A stretch of 64,000 bases of DNA from Candidatus Magasanikbacteria bacterium RIFCSPHIGHO2_02_FULL_48_18 (GCA_001784285.1 MFQC01000011.1:3640-67639); one strand, 5' to 3'; shown: positions 9,801 to 19,790, numbered from the stretch's first letter. Translations and numbers: made by a program. Notes: generated from the letters alone by a model not told the origin.

Positions 9801-12800
9801 AGAGCAGTAGATAATACGGTTCGGACACTGACAACTTTCCCGGCGCCTTTCATAAATCGGCTGGTTTGTTGCCACTGCTTATCCCAAAAGCCGCCCTTAT
9901 TTTTTTCGGTATAGGACTCAAAAAAATTGGACAAATTCATATCACCCAGTTTTCTCCAAGCTGATTGAACTTTGGCAAATGCTTTATTTTCCAATCGTTC
10001 CGAAATGGCCGTATCGAGCTGCCGTGATTCTTCTTTCATCCACGCTTGAATTTCTTGCACCTCAAACTCGGCTTTTTCAAGATAGGCTTTTCTGGCCGCG
10101 TCATAATCAACTTTTGCCTGCTCAAACGCAGGTTCCGCTTTCTTCCCACCAATGAGGCCACGACGTTTTTTGTATAAAAGTGCTAATGTTGCACGTGCGT
10201 CTTCCACATCTAATTCCAAACCGACAAGTTCTTTCTTCTCGTCGGACACTTCCCCCGCCTCCACCTCTCCGCTTGGCGGTTCCCTCTCGTCTTTCGCTGC
10301 CGGCGCGTATGCCTCGGCCGCGGCTTTTTGAAACGCATCGTTCACTTTTCTCTCTAGCTCAGAATCGTCCCACAGCTTTTGCGCCGCGACTGCCGGATCC
10401 GGATTTTGCTTCAATTCTACCGTAAGCCATTTGGGATTATCTTTCAACCAATCACCAATTTCTTTATAGAGTACATCCATGGCTATTGAACTTTTTAAAA
10501 TATTGGAAGCATAGCCCTCCCTGCCAACAAGGGAAGGAAACCCGTCTTGAACACGTTTCCGAAATTCATCAATAACCTGTTCCCAATACTCACGTACTTT
10601 TTCTCTGGATGCGGGGCGAAAACCCATTTTTTTGGATTGTCCAATGGCGGCCAACAACTCAACCTCTATTTCCCCGCCGGTATTAACCATACCATGGGCT
10701 ATGTCAATCATTTTTTTTCTCCCCGCCATTTCTTGCGTTGGCAAATGTGTACCAGATCTATCGGCGCGTGGAATACCTGCTGTTGCAACAGTTCGCTTAA
10801 ACAGAATATCTTCATAATAAGCAACGTCCCCTCGGGGAAACATGGCGCTTGGCCCTCCGGAAAACGAACGTTCTATAACGCCCCCCAAGGCTCCATGCAA
10901 TAAATCATCCACTTGTGTCCTTGCTTCGCGTTCAGAATAGCCAAGCGCAAGAAAATTGGCATACAACCGTTCTTTTGTCGCCTCCACTATTCTCTCTTTC
11001 CACTCGTCAAATGTTCGAACGTGCTCTTCATATGCTTGTATAGAGCCATCAATTTTTGCGGAAAGATCATCCGGAATAATTTTATCCTTATGAAGTTCGA
11101 CCATCACAAGTTTCGCGACCTCCTCGGCTGGCGTGTCAAGTTTACATCTGCCACCGTCTATTAATTTTTTGATTATGTTGTCAGTATTGTATGGATCAAC
11201 CTGTCTTACAACAGCTGTATGTAACTCATCTGAGATTGGCTCCGGTTCTATTGCTTTCCTTATTAAAAATAAAACCACATCTCTTGTTCCATAAATCAAA
11301 TCGGCAAGATCATATTGCTCTTTTATTTTTTTTACCCCCTCTTTGGCACGAGCTTCCGGTTTCATTTTTTTCAGCTCTTTTTCCTCCATCTTTGGATTCA
11401 CGGAATAAAAAATTAACTCAAGGGCGTGTAGGCGGCGATCATTGTTATCTATTTGGCCCACAGCTTCTTTTTCCACTGCTTCTTTAAACGCTGTCCAGTA
11501 TGCTTGCAATTCTGCATTATCAACATCAACGTCTTTCATTTTCTTCTGCCACGCATCTTCCGCGTCTCTCGCCGGATCACGCTCACCAATTTCTTGTGCA
11601 AAACCAAGATCACGCATAATGCCTTTTGCGGCTTCTTTGGGATTATTTCTTACGTCTTCATGAAGAAATCCCAGGTTCTCTGATAAATTTTCAAGCGCAG
11701 GCTGGACACGGTCTTGGACAAATTGGTCAATGTCATCTTCCTTTACATGCCCGCCATCTTTGAGAAGCTGATGTATATGGTCGCGGACATCCTCTTGCAC
11801 CAACTGATCCCACACATGCCTTGAAAACTTCCCAAATTCTTCATCCTCTTTTTCCATTGTCTTTATGGTCTCATAAAAATCAAAATTTTTTGGATCTATT
11901 TTTCTATCAGTCCACAGCCGATCAAACGCCGCATCAAATGCGCCGCCATCGTCAAAACGGGAATCTATACCATGAATTTCCGGATATGTTTCTTCAAGAA
12001 AAGCCCGAAAACGTTGTTTATATTCTTTCTTATACGCTTCGGGGTCTTTTTTCTCTTCCACAATCACCGGCTCGGAATTTTCATCTGCGCGCGCCAACAA
12101 CAATTCCGCCAGCTGTTCCGGAGTGGCTTTTTTGGGGGCATGACGCAAGACATCTTCCACATCTAAATAATGAAAGATGCGATAAAAAAGTTTTTCCCGT
12201 TTCAGAGGGTCGCTCTCCAATCTTGATATCACCCCCAGTGCGGCATGCCAACCCATCTGTGCGGCATGGCGTAATACCGCGAGATCACGTTTTCCTTTAT
12301 TAAAAATCCCAGATAGTTTACTGACCTCCACTGCTCCTATCTTGTCTATACGATCTAAAAATTTAGCTGTTGCTTCACGATTTGCGTCATGCAACGCGCC
12401 ATACGTCATCGATCCGGCTTCCGCGGCAACCGGAGTTGGCTCAACATCAACTGGCCGTTTATCAAGACCTCCGCCTCTTGTTGCACTAAGGGCATCTGAA
12501 ACTTCCAACAAATCTGGTTCGGATTCGACAGGTCGTGCTGGTGGTTGGTCTGGTTCAACGGCAGCCGGAGCCGATTCTGTGCCGCCAGGAACTTCATCAT
12601 CAGCTACTTCTGCTTCCGGTGGTTCATCGTCAGCAAACTCCGCCGTCACCGGTTCTTCGTCATCTACCAACTCGGATTCTGCAATTGGTCCTGTATCGAA
12701 ATATCGCCCAGCTTTTTTATGAGCACCCAAAAATTGTGCCACTCGTTTTGTGGCTTCCAATTCTGGATTCCCTAAAACCAATTCCTCTCCACGTTGATCT

Positions 12801-14665
12801 GATTCCAACTGAGCCCTCAACGCCCTCAAAATATCCAAGGCCTCGGACGAAAGTGGAATAGATTTATCGTCAGGAGTAAGTATTTTAACTGCCGCTTCAA
12901 CTACTTGATCAACGTATTCCTGTGTTTTTTGTTCTTGCCATTTTTCTGTTTCTGTTCTTTCTGTAGGGACAACAGCCGGTACTGCCGACGGTGCTCCTTT
13001 CTCTGTATCTTTAATGTCAGGTATAAGTAGTGGTCCAGATGGTTCATCGTCCAATGAAGAAAGCGTAGGCCCAGGTTCGAAAGGAACTCGTGGTTCTGGT
13101 CCTGATGCCGGCGCCTCCCCCGGTTCATCCTTATGCACTTTTTTCCGAGAAATACCTTTCCCTAACGAACCACCCAATGTTGTTTCTCCCAAAATACCAA
13201 GCCCGCGCGGTCTTTCTGGTAAAGATTCAGCGGCCGGCGTTTCTACGGGTGGTACAGAAGTTTCTTTTTTTACATCGTCTGTGGCAAGAACAGCGCCAGA
13301 CTGTTCACTTTCTCCTGGCACCGACGGCGGCGTGAGCTGTTCCAACCCTTCAACATGATCAGCCGATCCATCGTCTTCTACAATCGTCGCTTCTGCAATC
13401 TTTTCTTCTGCTTCTTCCGGCTGCAATGCAGTGGCTCTCTTTTCTTCCTCCGCCGCAAGCTCACTAAGAAAATCGGGTTTATTTTCTTCATCCGCACCAA
13501 AAGGCAAAGGATGAGTTTCCGGCGCAACGCTTCGCTTGGTCACTTTGGACCATGAAGGAGAGTCGGCTCTTGCGATATGAATTTCCTGCGGATAGGTTGT
13601 CCCATCTTTTCGTGGCAAGTGAACCCGAAATGTTATCGCTCCATCCGCGCGTTTTCCCACAACTTCGCCGGGAACGAGTTTTTTTGGATACTGATATTGA
13701 ATTTGTTCGCCCACCGTAAAGGTGTGCGTACCGAGGGAAACCGTTTCCCCCTCTTTGGCAGTCGCGATTACTCCTGTTTCCGGAGAAGTCGCCGCTTTCT
13801 CTTTTCCTGTTTCACCACGAAATAATGTTCTTCTTAATTGTTCTCTTTTTGGCACTGCCCAATCCGGCATATGCGCCATTGCTTGAACTCCGGGCGGCCC
13901 AAGACGTTTCCCTTCTGAAATAATTCTTCCCCTTTCGTCATCCGTAAGGTCGGCCTCGTCTTTCGCAAGAAGATCGGCAATGGAGGATTCTGGTGACACG
14001 GGAGCTTCTTCTGCTAAAGGAACAACGGACTGAGAAATTGTGCCTTCTTCAGGCACAACCGTATCTTCATGCGTAATGCCTAATTCGTCCTGAACGACGT
14101 CAAGAATATTATTCACGGTGTCAGAAACGTCCCCTGTTTGGAGAAGAACTTCCTCATCTAAGACGCGCATACGAGAAACAAATGCCCTTTGTATGCTCGA
14201 ACGTTGCGCGGCAGGGTAACCATTGAGACAATCGTCCAATCCCCCTAATACGTCTACCCAAAAATCTGCCACTCTCCCACGGACATCACGGTCGGTGACA
14301 CCATTTTTATCAAAAACGGTTTCCAAAAACTGCAAAAATTCCATGGTGTTGTTTCGGCGCAATTCGTGTTCTAGTCTGGCGCGGAACTCTTCATAATCAG
14401 TCTCAAGCGACTCCAATTCTATTGCAATCTGCTCTGCTTCTCCGTCTTTCAATTTTGTTCCGGCATTATCCAAAAAAGACCGAAGCCTCTTATCGAGCCC
14501 CGCCAATTCATTTCCAAAATCCTCACTTCCCTCTTCCAATGTCTTGAGGTGGTCAAATAACGTTGCCATTTCAGCCCGCATGCGATCGGCTCTTTTCACG
14601 ATATTTTCGGCTTCGGGCGTTTGCGATCCTTCTTTTTTTGGTTTTGTTTTGTCTTCTTCAGCCAT
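6869..14665 (-). CDS. Giant protein (2598 aa), function unknown. Acidic coiled-coil N-terminal half, two internal hydrophobic segments, Gly-rich C-terminal region. Weak YD-repeat-like motifs (TRDGRYL, DEKGRLTF)
   Basis: Single uninterrupted ORF. ATG at 14665 is 3 nt after the upstream ORF stop (coupled). Opposite strand carries only short ORFs. Confidence 0.85.
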   Translation of the reverse strand: MAEEDKTKPKKEGSQTPEAENIVKRADRMRAEMATLFDHLKTLEEGSEDFGNELAGLDKRLRSFLDNAGTKLKDGEAEQIAIELESLETDYEEFRARLEHELRRNNTMEFLQFLETVFDKNGVTDRDVRGRVADFWVDVLGGLDDCLNGYPAAQRSSIQRAFVSRMRVLDEEVLLQTGDVSDTVNNILDVVQDELGITHEDTVVPEEGTISQSVVPLAEEAPVSPESSIADLLAKDEADLTDDERGRIISEGKRLGPPGVQAMAHMPDWAVPKREQLRRTLFRGETGKEKAATSPETGVIATAKEGETVSLGTHTFTVGEQIQYQYPKKLVPGEVVGKRADGAITFRVHLPRKDGTTYPQEIHIARADSPSWSKVTKRSVAPETHPLPFGADEENKPDFLSELAAEEEKRATALQPEEAEEKIAEATIVEDDGSADHVEGLEQLTPPSVPGESEQSGAVLATDDVKKETSVPPVETPAAESLPERPRGLGILGETTLGGSLGKGISRKKVHKDEPGEAPASGPEPRVPFEPGPTLSSLDDEPSGPLLIPDIKDTEKGAPSAVPAVVPTERTETEKWQEQKTQEYVDQVVEAAVKILTPDDKSIPLSSEALDILRALRAQLESDQRGEELVLGNPELEATKRVAQFLGAHKKAGRYFDTGPIAESELVDDEEPVTAEFADDEPPEAEVADDEVPGGTESAPAAVEPDQPPARPVESEPDLLEVSDALSATRGGGLDKRPVDVEPTPVAAEAGSMTYGALHDANREATAKFLDRIDKIGAVEVSKLSGIFNKGKRDLAVLRHAAQMGWHAALGVISRLESDPLKREKLFYRIFHYLDVEDVLRHAPKKATPEQLAELLLARADENSEPVIVEEKKDPEAYKKEYKQRFRAFLEETYPEIHGIDSRFDDGGAFDAAFDRLWTDRKIDPKNFDFYETIKTMEKEDEEFGKFSRHVWDQLVQEDVRDHIHQLLKDGGHVKEDDIDQFVQDRVQPALENLSENLGFLHEDVRNNPKEAAKGIMRDLGFAQEIGERDPARDAEDAWQKKMKDVDVDNAELQAYWTAFKEAVEKEAVGQIDNNDRRLHALELIFYSVNPKMEEKELKKMKPEARAKEGVKKIKEQYDLADLIYGTRDVVLFLIRKAIEPEPISDELHTAVVRQVDPYNTDNIIKKLIDGGRCKLDTPAEEVAKLVMVELHKDKIIPDDLSAKIDGSIQAYEEHVRTFDEWKERIVEATKERLYANFLALGYSEREARTQVDDLLHGALGGVIERSFSGGPSAMFPRGDVAYYEDILFKRTVATAGIPRADRSGTHLPTQEMAGRKKMIDIAHGMVNTGGEIEVELLAAIGQSKKMGFRPASREKVREYWEQVIDEFRKRVQDGFPSLVGREGYASNILKSSIAMDVLYKEIGDWLKDNPKWLTVELKQNPDPAVAAQKLWDDSELERKVNDAFQKAAAEAYAPAAKDEREPPSGEVEAGEVSDEKKELVGLELDVEDARATLALLYKKRRGLIGGKKAEPAFEQAKVDYDAARKAYLEKAEFEVQEIQAWMKEESRQLDTAISERLENKAFAKVQSAWRKLGDMNLSNFFESYTEKNKGGFWDKQWQQTSRFMKGAGKVVSVRTVLSTALVGAPLWFESVLQAGGFIATRTAMAGLGGGFGSRGLLDGVQEYSQRRFGKQGRVFTDEKDIVEYRATALNAKFNQDMAVLHARATAQEWEPAQYGKEKADMTKKYQKKCAKLEKKGGIRGILRRGFAGKDIMIDELGDTPATRLETLNDLLSVRRAKLQVDHKDPNKDEVYQDLYEKRDVLLQEVLVQNMAGGTSGTPEAAGGSPDATALDVAKYTSAYIEQENASLDISLRKIGKEKGFRWAKRLGSVVAGIAVGSYVQKFLEAKAYAQSMMQGRPTEAFQLSTSDLAKKSEDIQKIMDGTTKVEALEQQLADAHVHHVEIENQMAAVSPDSPAHAELMGKSLQAEQTVGGLQEEINITRQELARLAGWQQAADIQPADFADIPPEAPEVDWDAMNLESGVKEDLQGISHELPSLQKPEVLQEMFDHGQLPKGGGPEGRYIAIMRYLDDTLTGEEKAKFYSMIGYDPNVAKVDLDTHIGREAHRVSLRTGFMTRDGRYLKGVYWKDGVDQHYLPALDEKGRLTFHHNQVGGDRNLEVRYGRPMTKAELHGRPDVSQSMDAAKAGLSGPGKIRIIETSDGLGKNVKVISLDGITYEIGNNVSVVELLRDGTLNVTDAAGQVTHYAENPFQSITGGASSAVARGVGSAAESRAYGSAGIGGSVGDYQGGIGRDYSEMPSAAEVTEIKKLQKGVSLLMTSLDAAARGDIDLEDILEFSPAQRQTLQQYTEQFLKTRLSGYNEIAGTFRRDVLGSYFDAVKTEVERIEDAARTSGARPDASSFRGDAIGRAVGSAAQSGGEDIQTRAAGVDRSGLDLSKPKVAAGPQETAEPRVEPAGESGGPIPSPAAEAAAGTEGAPTPDKPLVELPTRVSGIKRFSLFRGEGKDPFEVVMPVDFNPNIAGGNLKIDIAGGNATIEGKVQLIEEGGKLRPAIDDVDGDTINRYYLDDPNNPVEFKNGVKVEETSGSAATAGDAAKIGE

Positions 14666-14667
14666 AG

Positions 14668-14883
14668 TTATTTCAATTGCAAAATATGTTGAAGCGCTTC
14701 TTTTACTCTCACTTTATCCTCAAGTTCGAGCACTCGCCGGTGCATCACCGCGTGGCGTTTTTTCAAATCATCAAATTCTTTCCGCAGCTCCTCATAATGA
14801 CTTTTTATCTCTTCGTATTCCGGCGCGGCAGACAATGCCGGCTTTGGTTGCTGCGTTAATTGTGCGCCAAGCGTATCTGCCAT
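14668..14883 (-). CDS. Small coiled-coil protein immediately upstream of the giant gene
   Basis: MADTLGAQL...heptad-rich. Stop 3 nt before the giant gene start. Confidence 0.45.
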   Translation of the reverse strand: MADTLGAQLTQQPKPALSAAPEYEEIKSHYEELRKEFDDLKKRHAVMHRRVLELEDKVRVKEALQHILQLK

Positions 14884-14902
14884 AAAAAACAAAGACTATT
14901 CT

Positions 14903-15235
14903 TTACTGTGAATTTCCTTTTTTATTTTGGATAAAATTCATGAGGCCGGTCTTTACGGCAACGACTTCTTCCTGCAAGATATCCAAAAAATTCGGCACAT
15001 CGTGCCGGATAAATACCTGAAGATCTTCGTCCGTTCCGGTTTCCAATATTTTTTTCAATTCCTCTTGTTTTTCAGAAGATACCAAATCAAACACGCGGAC
15101 CAATAATTTTTTTTGGATAAGCTCGGTCATTTGGTCCAAAAGCTGCGCTTTTTGACTGTCGGGTAAATAATCCAAATTGAGAAGCTGAATAATATGATCA
15201 TGAATGAAATTGGATTGTACCGTGGGTGATGGCAT
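14903..15235 (-). CDS. Hypothetical 110-aa protein
   Basis: ORF in same operon orientation. No recognizable motif. Confidence 0.45.
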   Translation of the reverse strand: MPSPTVQSNFIHDHIIQLLNLDYLPDSQKAQLLDQMTELIQKKLLVRVFDLVSSEKQEELKKILETGTDEDLQVFIRHDVPNFLDILQEEVVAVKTGLMNFIQNKKGNSQ

Positions 15236-15276
15236 AAAGAAAAATTCTAAATATCTAAATGATTACCATGGAAGTG

Positions 15277-15885
15277 TTATTCTCTCCTCTCCCGTTTCAA
15301 CACCACCAGCGCCGCGCCAACCAATCCAACAAAAAATCCAAGCGCCATATTCACGGGTATATTTGGTCTCACCGGCCAACGCGTCGCCACCGGATCATTG
15401 ACCACTTTGAGAACGACATCCTTTCCAATATATTCCCACCCTCTTGTTACCAGCGCGTCGACCGAAGCACGCGCGAGCGCAATGGCTTGGGATTGGCTTC
15501 GTCCGTACAAACTCACATTGAGGATGCCGGTGCCAAACGAAACCGACGAAGAAATGGTTTCTCGCCATCGTTTTCGTTTCACGCGTTCCGACACGTTGGC
15601 AAAATGGCTTTTGTCAATGCCATAGTCGCCCTGAGTCATCACTTTTTGAAAAAAATCATTGGAGGGCAATACTTCGGCAACATTGGATCCAATACGTTCG
15701 GCAGATTTTGCAATGGTGTACGGATCAACTCCTGCCTGACTATTGGGAAGAATAAGAATCTGCGCGTCCGCTCGGTAATAGCGAGGAAAGAAAAAACTCA
15801 CCCCGCCTGCAAGAAGCCCGATGATGACGCCGCCAATGAGGATGAGCCGACTCCGTTTTTTGATAATAGACCAGGGGTAATTCAT
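15277..15885 (-). CDS. Wzz/chain-length-determinant-like protein (two TM helices flanking a periplasmic domain)
   Basis: N-terminal TM (LILIGGVIIGLLAGGVSFF), C-terminal TM (ALGFFVGLVGAALVVL), KRxRRE tail. Typical Wzz/YveK topology. Confidence 0.6.
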   Translation of the reverse strand: MNYPWSIIKKRSRLILIGGVIIGLLAGGVSFFFPRYYRADAQILILPNSQAGVDPYTIAKSAERIGSNVAEVLPSNDFFQKVMTQGDYGIDKSHFANVSERVKRKRWRETISSSVSFGTGILNVSLYGRSQSQAIALARASVDALVTRGWEYIGKDVVLKVVNDPVATRWPVRPNIPVNMALGFFVGLVGAALVVLKRERRE

Positions 15886-15992
15886 ATATGCGTATGTACC
15901 AAATTATAACAGAAGAATCAAAAAATTGCGATATGCGCTCTCTTTTCAATCCGGAAAGAAACAACAAATTATAGCACAAAAATGCCCTGCCG

Positions 15993-17072
15993 TCAAGGTT
16001 CAACCAGTACTTTTGACACCATCACATCAATCTCTTCTTTGCCCCGCAAAATAGTGAGCGTCATAGTTTTGGGAGCGCGCAAGACCTGGTAATGGAGCAA
16101 GAGCGGATCAATTGGCTTTCCTTCGATGCCGATAATCAAATCATTTTTTTGAATTGGCGACGATTTTGGCAACACACCGCCGGTGACCAAAAACCCAAAC
16201 AGCCGATCTTTCGCGTCCTCCGCTGAAAACCCTTCCACCAGCAAACCCGCGTATGGAAGCGCTTCATACAAAAACGTGCCGGTTGTAAGAACCGATTGAA
16301 TCTCGCCAGGAATAAATGTCGCCGGGATAATATGGCCGTCACTCCCGACAAATCCGGCGAATTCGCCAGACAAGGTAAAGAGGATCTGTCCTTCCGAGGC
16401 AGTGGACGAAACGACAAATTCATAATGCGGCTTCCACACGAGAAAACCGGATGGAGATTCAAGCGACACGCGGCTCGACACATCGACGAGCGTCCATTCC
16501 TGTTTTGCAACCGCCCAAAAGATACTCCCCGCGTGCATATTGTCCACATCCGAAAAAGACACCGGCACAAATTGATTGCCGGAAAAACGAAGAAATACCA
16601 GCCCAAAAATATTTTCTTTTTTTACCTCTTCGACAGAAAACGTATTCCCTCGAAAATCAACACCCTCCCAAGAGAGTTCATCGCCGGCCTTGTAGGCCGG
16701 AAGCGCCGCAACGGCCCATCCGTTGTCGGTCAAAAGGACCGCGTCGGCAATCCGCCCATCGGTTTTATACCATGCGGACCCGATTTTCTTTCTCGTATCA
16801 AAAAGACCAATCATCTGTTGCTTCATTTCGTTTTCCAAAAGGGGGTTGGGCATTTCGACCGTTGCGTCTCCGATGGTCCGGCTGACAGGAGTGAACCGGG
16901 ACGCCGGCCCGGCTGGCGGGCTGATCCATGTGATGCTGGCGAGGCCCCCAGAAATACCGGCGAGAAAAGAGAGAAACGCGACAAACAAAAGCAGGGGCAA
17001 CCGTTGCAAACGCTTATGAGTCTGTATATTGCATGTTTTGGGAGGGAGATGAGGAATCTGGGACATATTCAT
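15993..17072 (-). CDS. Membrane-anchored protein with C-terminal PDZ-like domain (HtrA-like architecture, catalytic Ser motif not evident)
   Basis: N-terminal TM. C-terminal LIIGIEGKPI...LTILRGKEEIDV is PDZ-like. Confidence 0.5.
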   Translation of the reverse strand: MNMSQIPHLPPKTCNIQTHKRLQRLPLLLFVAFLSFLAGISGGLASITWISPPAGPASRFTPVSRTIGDATVEMPNPLLENEMKQQMIGLFDTRKKIGSAWYKTDGRIADAVLLTDNGWAVAALPAYKAGDELSWEGVDFRGNTFSVEEVKKENIFGLVFLRFSGNQFVPVSFSDVDNMHAGSIFWAVAKQEWTLVDVSSRVSLESPSGFLVWKPHYEFVVSSTASEGQILFTLSGEFAGFVGSDGHIIPATFIPGEIQSVLTTGTFLYEALPYAGLLVEGFSAEDAKDRLFGFLVTGGVLPKSSPIQKNDLIIGIEGKPIDPLLLHYQVLRAPKTMTLTILRGKEEIDVMVSKVLVEP

Positions 17073-17076
17073 GTTA

Positions 17077-17847
17077 TTATATCCATCGCACAAAAAACAT
17101 ACCGGCGGCAAACAACAACACATTCACAATCAAAAACCACCGCTGTTTGTGCCACACGACGCCCTGATAGTGAATATGGAATCGAATAAACAATTGAACA
17201 ATATACCATATCCACGTGGTAAACAACCCCAAGGCAAGATAGCCGAGCGGAAATATCTGTATGGCGAATGTTATCTCGGTCATAAGCACTGCCACGAATC
17301 CAATCCAAAATAAAAATGTTCGAATGGTTCCCTCAACATACAATCGCCAAATCATCGAGCCGATCACGGCCAAAATAATCCCGTTCAAAAAACTCAATGC
17401 CCAAAACGGAAACGACTGAAAAAAAAGATGAAAGGCAAATACCGTCGTCGTCAAGGCATACGCGTCAAACACCCACACCATCATGCCAATGCGGCGAATC
17501 GATTTTTGCACCGGCACCGGGGCGATACGATGATACAAGAGCAAGACAAACAAAAGACCAATGCATACGCCGCTTAAGACAATAAGAAAATATCGGAGCC
17601 ACAACGCTTCAACCAAGCTCGTAAATCCCAAAAAACCAAAAACCGTCGCGAGAATCAAAAAAAATTGGCGGCGATCCGCATCAATTCTTTTTTCAATAAC
17701 ATGATAGATGCTAAACAATATGCCCACCCACGCAACAAGAACAATCGCAAGCGCTAAGAGATTTGCAAAATGATGAATAAGAAACAGGCAGAGACTGCTC
17801 ACGACTCCGGCAACGGCTCCTATGCCAAACATGACAACACGAATCAT
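17077..17847 (-). CDS. Polytopic membrane protein, unknown function
   Basis: Six or more hydrophobic helices. Confidence 0.5.
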   Translation of the reverse strand: MIRVVMFGIGAVAGVVSSLCLFLIHHFANLLALAIVLVAWVGILFSIYHVIEKRIDADRRQFFLILATVFGFLGFTSLVEALWLRYFLIVLSGVCIGLLFVLLLYHRIAPVPVQKSIRRIGMMVWVFDAYALTTTVFAFHLFFQSFPFWALSFLNGIILAVIGSMIWRLYVEGTIRTFLFWIGFVAVLMTEITFAIQIFPLGYLALGLFTTWIWYIVQLFIRFHIHYQGVVWHKQRWFLIVNVLLFAAGMFFVRWI

Positions 17848-18296
17848 AGGCTGTTGAGAGCGGAAGACAACTCGCGAAGGACGGCCACTGCCTCGGCTTG
17901 GACGGCCGCCATATCGCGCTGATCAGGGTTGGCGCGCAACGCTTGAATTTTTATAAATGTTTCGAGATGCGCGTCCATCATTTCTTTGGGGACAGAAACG
18001 GACAAAAACAAACGATCCGCTTCTTGAAAAAATATCTCCGGGTCAATCGTTTCCGCTTGCGCGATAAAATCCGTCATGCTTGCGCGATACGACGCGGTCA
18101 AGACATCAGGCGTTTTCCCCGCCTCATACGCTTGTTCCACTGCGGATTGAATATCGGCATACGCGCGCTCTCCCACATCCACAATATGCAATCGATTCGC
18201 GACAAATAAAAAAATACTCAAAAAGACAATGAGTCCGCTCGCCGATAAAAGCACAAAAAGTGCCACATCAAGAGGATGTTTTTTTCGCCAGAACAT
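17844..18296 (-). CDS. Membrane-anchored hypothetical protein
   Basis: N-terminal TM then soluble domain. 4-nt overlap with upstream gene. Confidence 0.45.
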   Translation of the reverse strand: MFWRKKHPLDVALFVLLSASGLIVFLSIFLFVANRLHIVDVGERAYADIQSAVEQAYEAGKTPDVLTASYRASMTDFIAQAETIDPEIFFQEADRLFLSVSVPKEMMDAHLETFIKIQALRANPDQRDMAAVQAEAVAVLRELSSALNSL

Positions 18297-19323
18297 CTTG
18301 TAAGACAATGCTTAATGCGGTCGCGACCGGAATCGCAACCAGCACCCCAAGAACGCCAGCCAGACGCGCGCCGATCAAAATGGCAATGATACTGATAATC
18401 GGATTCAAACCGACGGCCTTTTGCATGACCTTGGGAATAAGTAAATGATTTTCGAATTGCTGAATGACAATATACACGACAAGAACGCCGAACATAGTCA
18501 CCGGTCCGCCCTGAGAAAACGCGAGAAACAACGACGGCACGGAGGCAAACACAGGCCCCACATACGGAATAAATTCAAGGAGCGCGGCCAAAAGCGCCAA
18601 AACCAGAGCGTATTTTATTCCCAAAATACTCAACCCGAAAAAGACCAATAATCCAATAATACCGCTCAAAATCAACTGCGCGCGCAACCAATACCCCAAT
18701 TTATCGCTAATTTTTTGAAAAAGAGACAAGACATGAGAAATATATTCGTCCGGAACGACAGAATTGAGTATTTTTTTGAGCGGATCATCCTGAACGACGA
18801 GGTAAAATGTCATAACCAAAATCAATACCAGCGAAAACAGCCCGCCAAAAAAACCGGAAATGGTAGAAAACACGCCAGAAATGGCCGTGTCCACACCGCC
18901 CGACGCGCCAACCGCCTGCCGCCCGGAACCTTCGCTCAGAGAAAAAAACTGTTGCATCTCTTGGACGCCGGCCACAATGCGTTGCCATGTTTCATTTTCT
19001 TGCATCCCTTGCCAGAGGTTGTCAAAATTTTGAACCAGTTGCGGAAGGTCATGCGTTATAACCGGAGCGAGCAAAAGAAGCGCGAGGCCGACAATGCCAA
19101 AGAGAATAATGTAAATGAGAAGGACGGACAAAAACCGAGGAATTTTTCGCTGGTGAAGCCAGCTCGCAAATGGATGGATCAAGGCGGACAAAATCAATGC
19201 GACAAAAAGCAAAAAAAGAATATTCCACACCAAAAAAAGAACATAGACAAATAATCCGAATCCCAAAATTTTAAAAAGGGTTTTCGTGCTTATGTGGACT
19301 TTGACTTCTTGGGACATACGCAA
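18268..19323 (-). CDS. AI-2E family transporter (PerM/YdiK-like)
   Basis: Eight predicted TM segments with the typical AI-2E pattern ...LLEFIPYVGP... Confidence 0.7.
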   Translation of the reverse strand: MRMSQEVKVHISTKTLFKILGFGLFVYVLFLVWNILFLLFVALILSALIHPFASWLHQRKIPRFLSVLLIYIILFGIVGLALLLLAPVITHDLPQLVQNFDNLWQGMQENETWQRIVAGVQEMQQFFSLSEGSGRQAVGASGGVDTAISGVFSTISGFFGGLFSLVLILVMTFYLVVQDDPLKKILNSVVPDEYISHVLSLFQKISDKLGYWLRAQLILSGIIGLLVFFGLSILGIKYALVLALLAALLEFIPYVGPVFASVPSLFLAFSQGGPVTMFGVLVVYIVIQQFENHLLIPKVMQKAVGLNPIISIIAILIGARLAGVLGVLVAIPVATALSIVLQDVLAKKTSS

Positions 19324-19360
19324 ATTGCGTATAGTATACCTTTTTTATTTCGAAAATGCA

Positions 19361-19391
19361 AAAGAAAAAACGGCCTTTTCAAGCCGCTTTT
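19361..19391 (-). terminator. Weak intrinsic terminator after ssrA
   Basis: Short GC stem (GGCC..GCCG region) followed by U7 on the minus strand. Confidence 0.35.
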
Positions 19392-19393
19392 TG

Positions 19394-19789
19394 TGGAGAT
19401 GCCGGGAGTTGAACCCGGGTCTAAACGGGATACCACTGCAGTATACATGTGTAGCCACTTTCTTTGTTGCCCATTGACTCAAAAATGGCAAAACGGCAAT
19501 GGGTAAAGTCTGATAATCTTTCACATAGCGTCCTCAGACAAAAACGCTATCCTACGCTCAATGGGTTGGCACCGCGGTTTCCGTATTGAGTATCTGGAGC
19601 GCGATGGTCCAGGCAATTACGCGAGGACAGGAGCAAAAGCGGGAACGCTGAATGCGCGAGCAATCGCGTTCTTCACTCTGCTAACAACGTTTGCACGTAG
19701 TCGATTGTTCGAGTGATTTGCGAGGATCAAACGGCCTCGACATGAATGCGAATGATACCAGAATCCGTCTATCGAATCCTGTCATCCCC
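19394..19789 (-). ncRNA. ssrA: tmRNA (SsrA)
   Basis: Minus strand starts GGGGATGACAGGATTCGATAGACGG (canonical tmRNA 5' end) and ends ...CCGGGTTCAACTCCCGGCATCTCCA (T-arm + acceptor, CCA not encoded). Candidate tag frame ends ...APVLA-TAA. Adjacent to smpB. Confidence 0.8.
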
Positions 19790-19790
19790 A

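Noticed and set aside
7053-13825. Many 60-180 aa plus-strand ORFs across 7-14 kb
   Set aside because: All lie antisense within the single 7.8-kb giant ORF and lack motifs or SDs.
16296-17189. 297-aa plus-strand ORF
   Set aside because: Antisense to the PDZ-domain gene. Arg/Lys-rich low-complexity.
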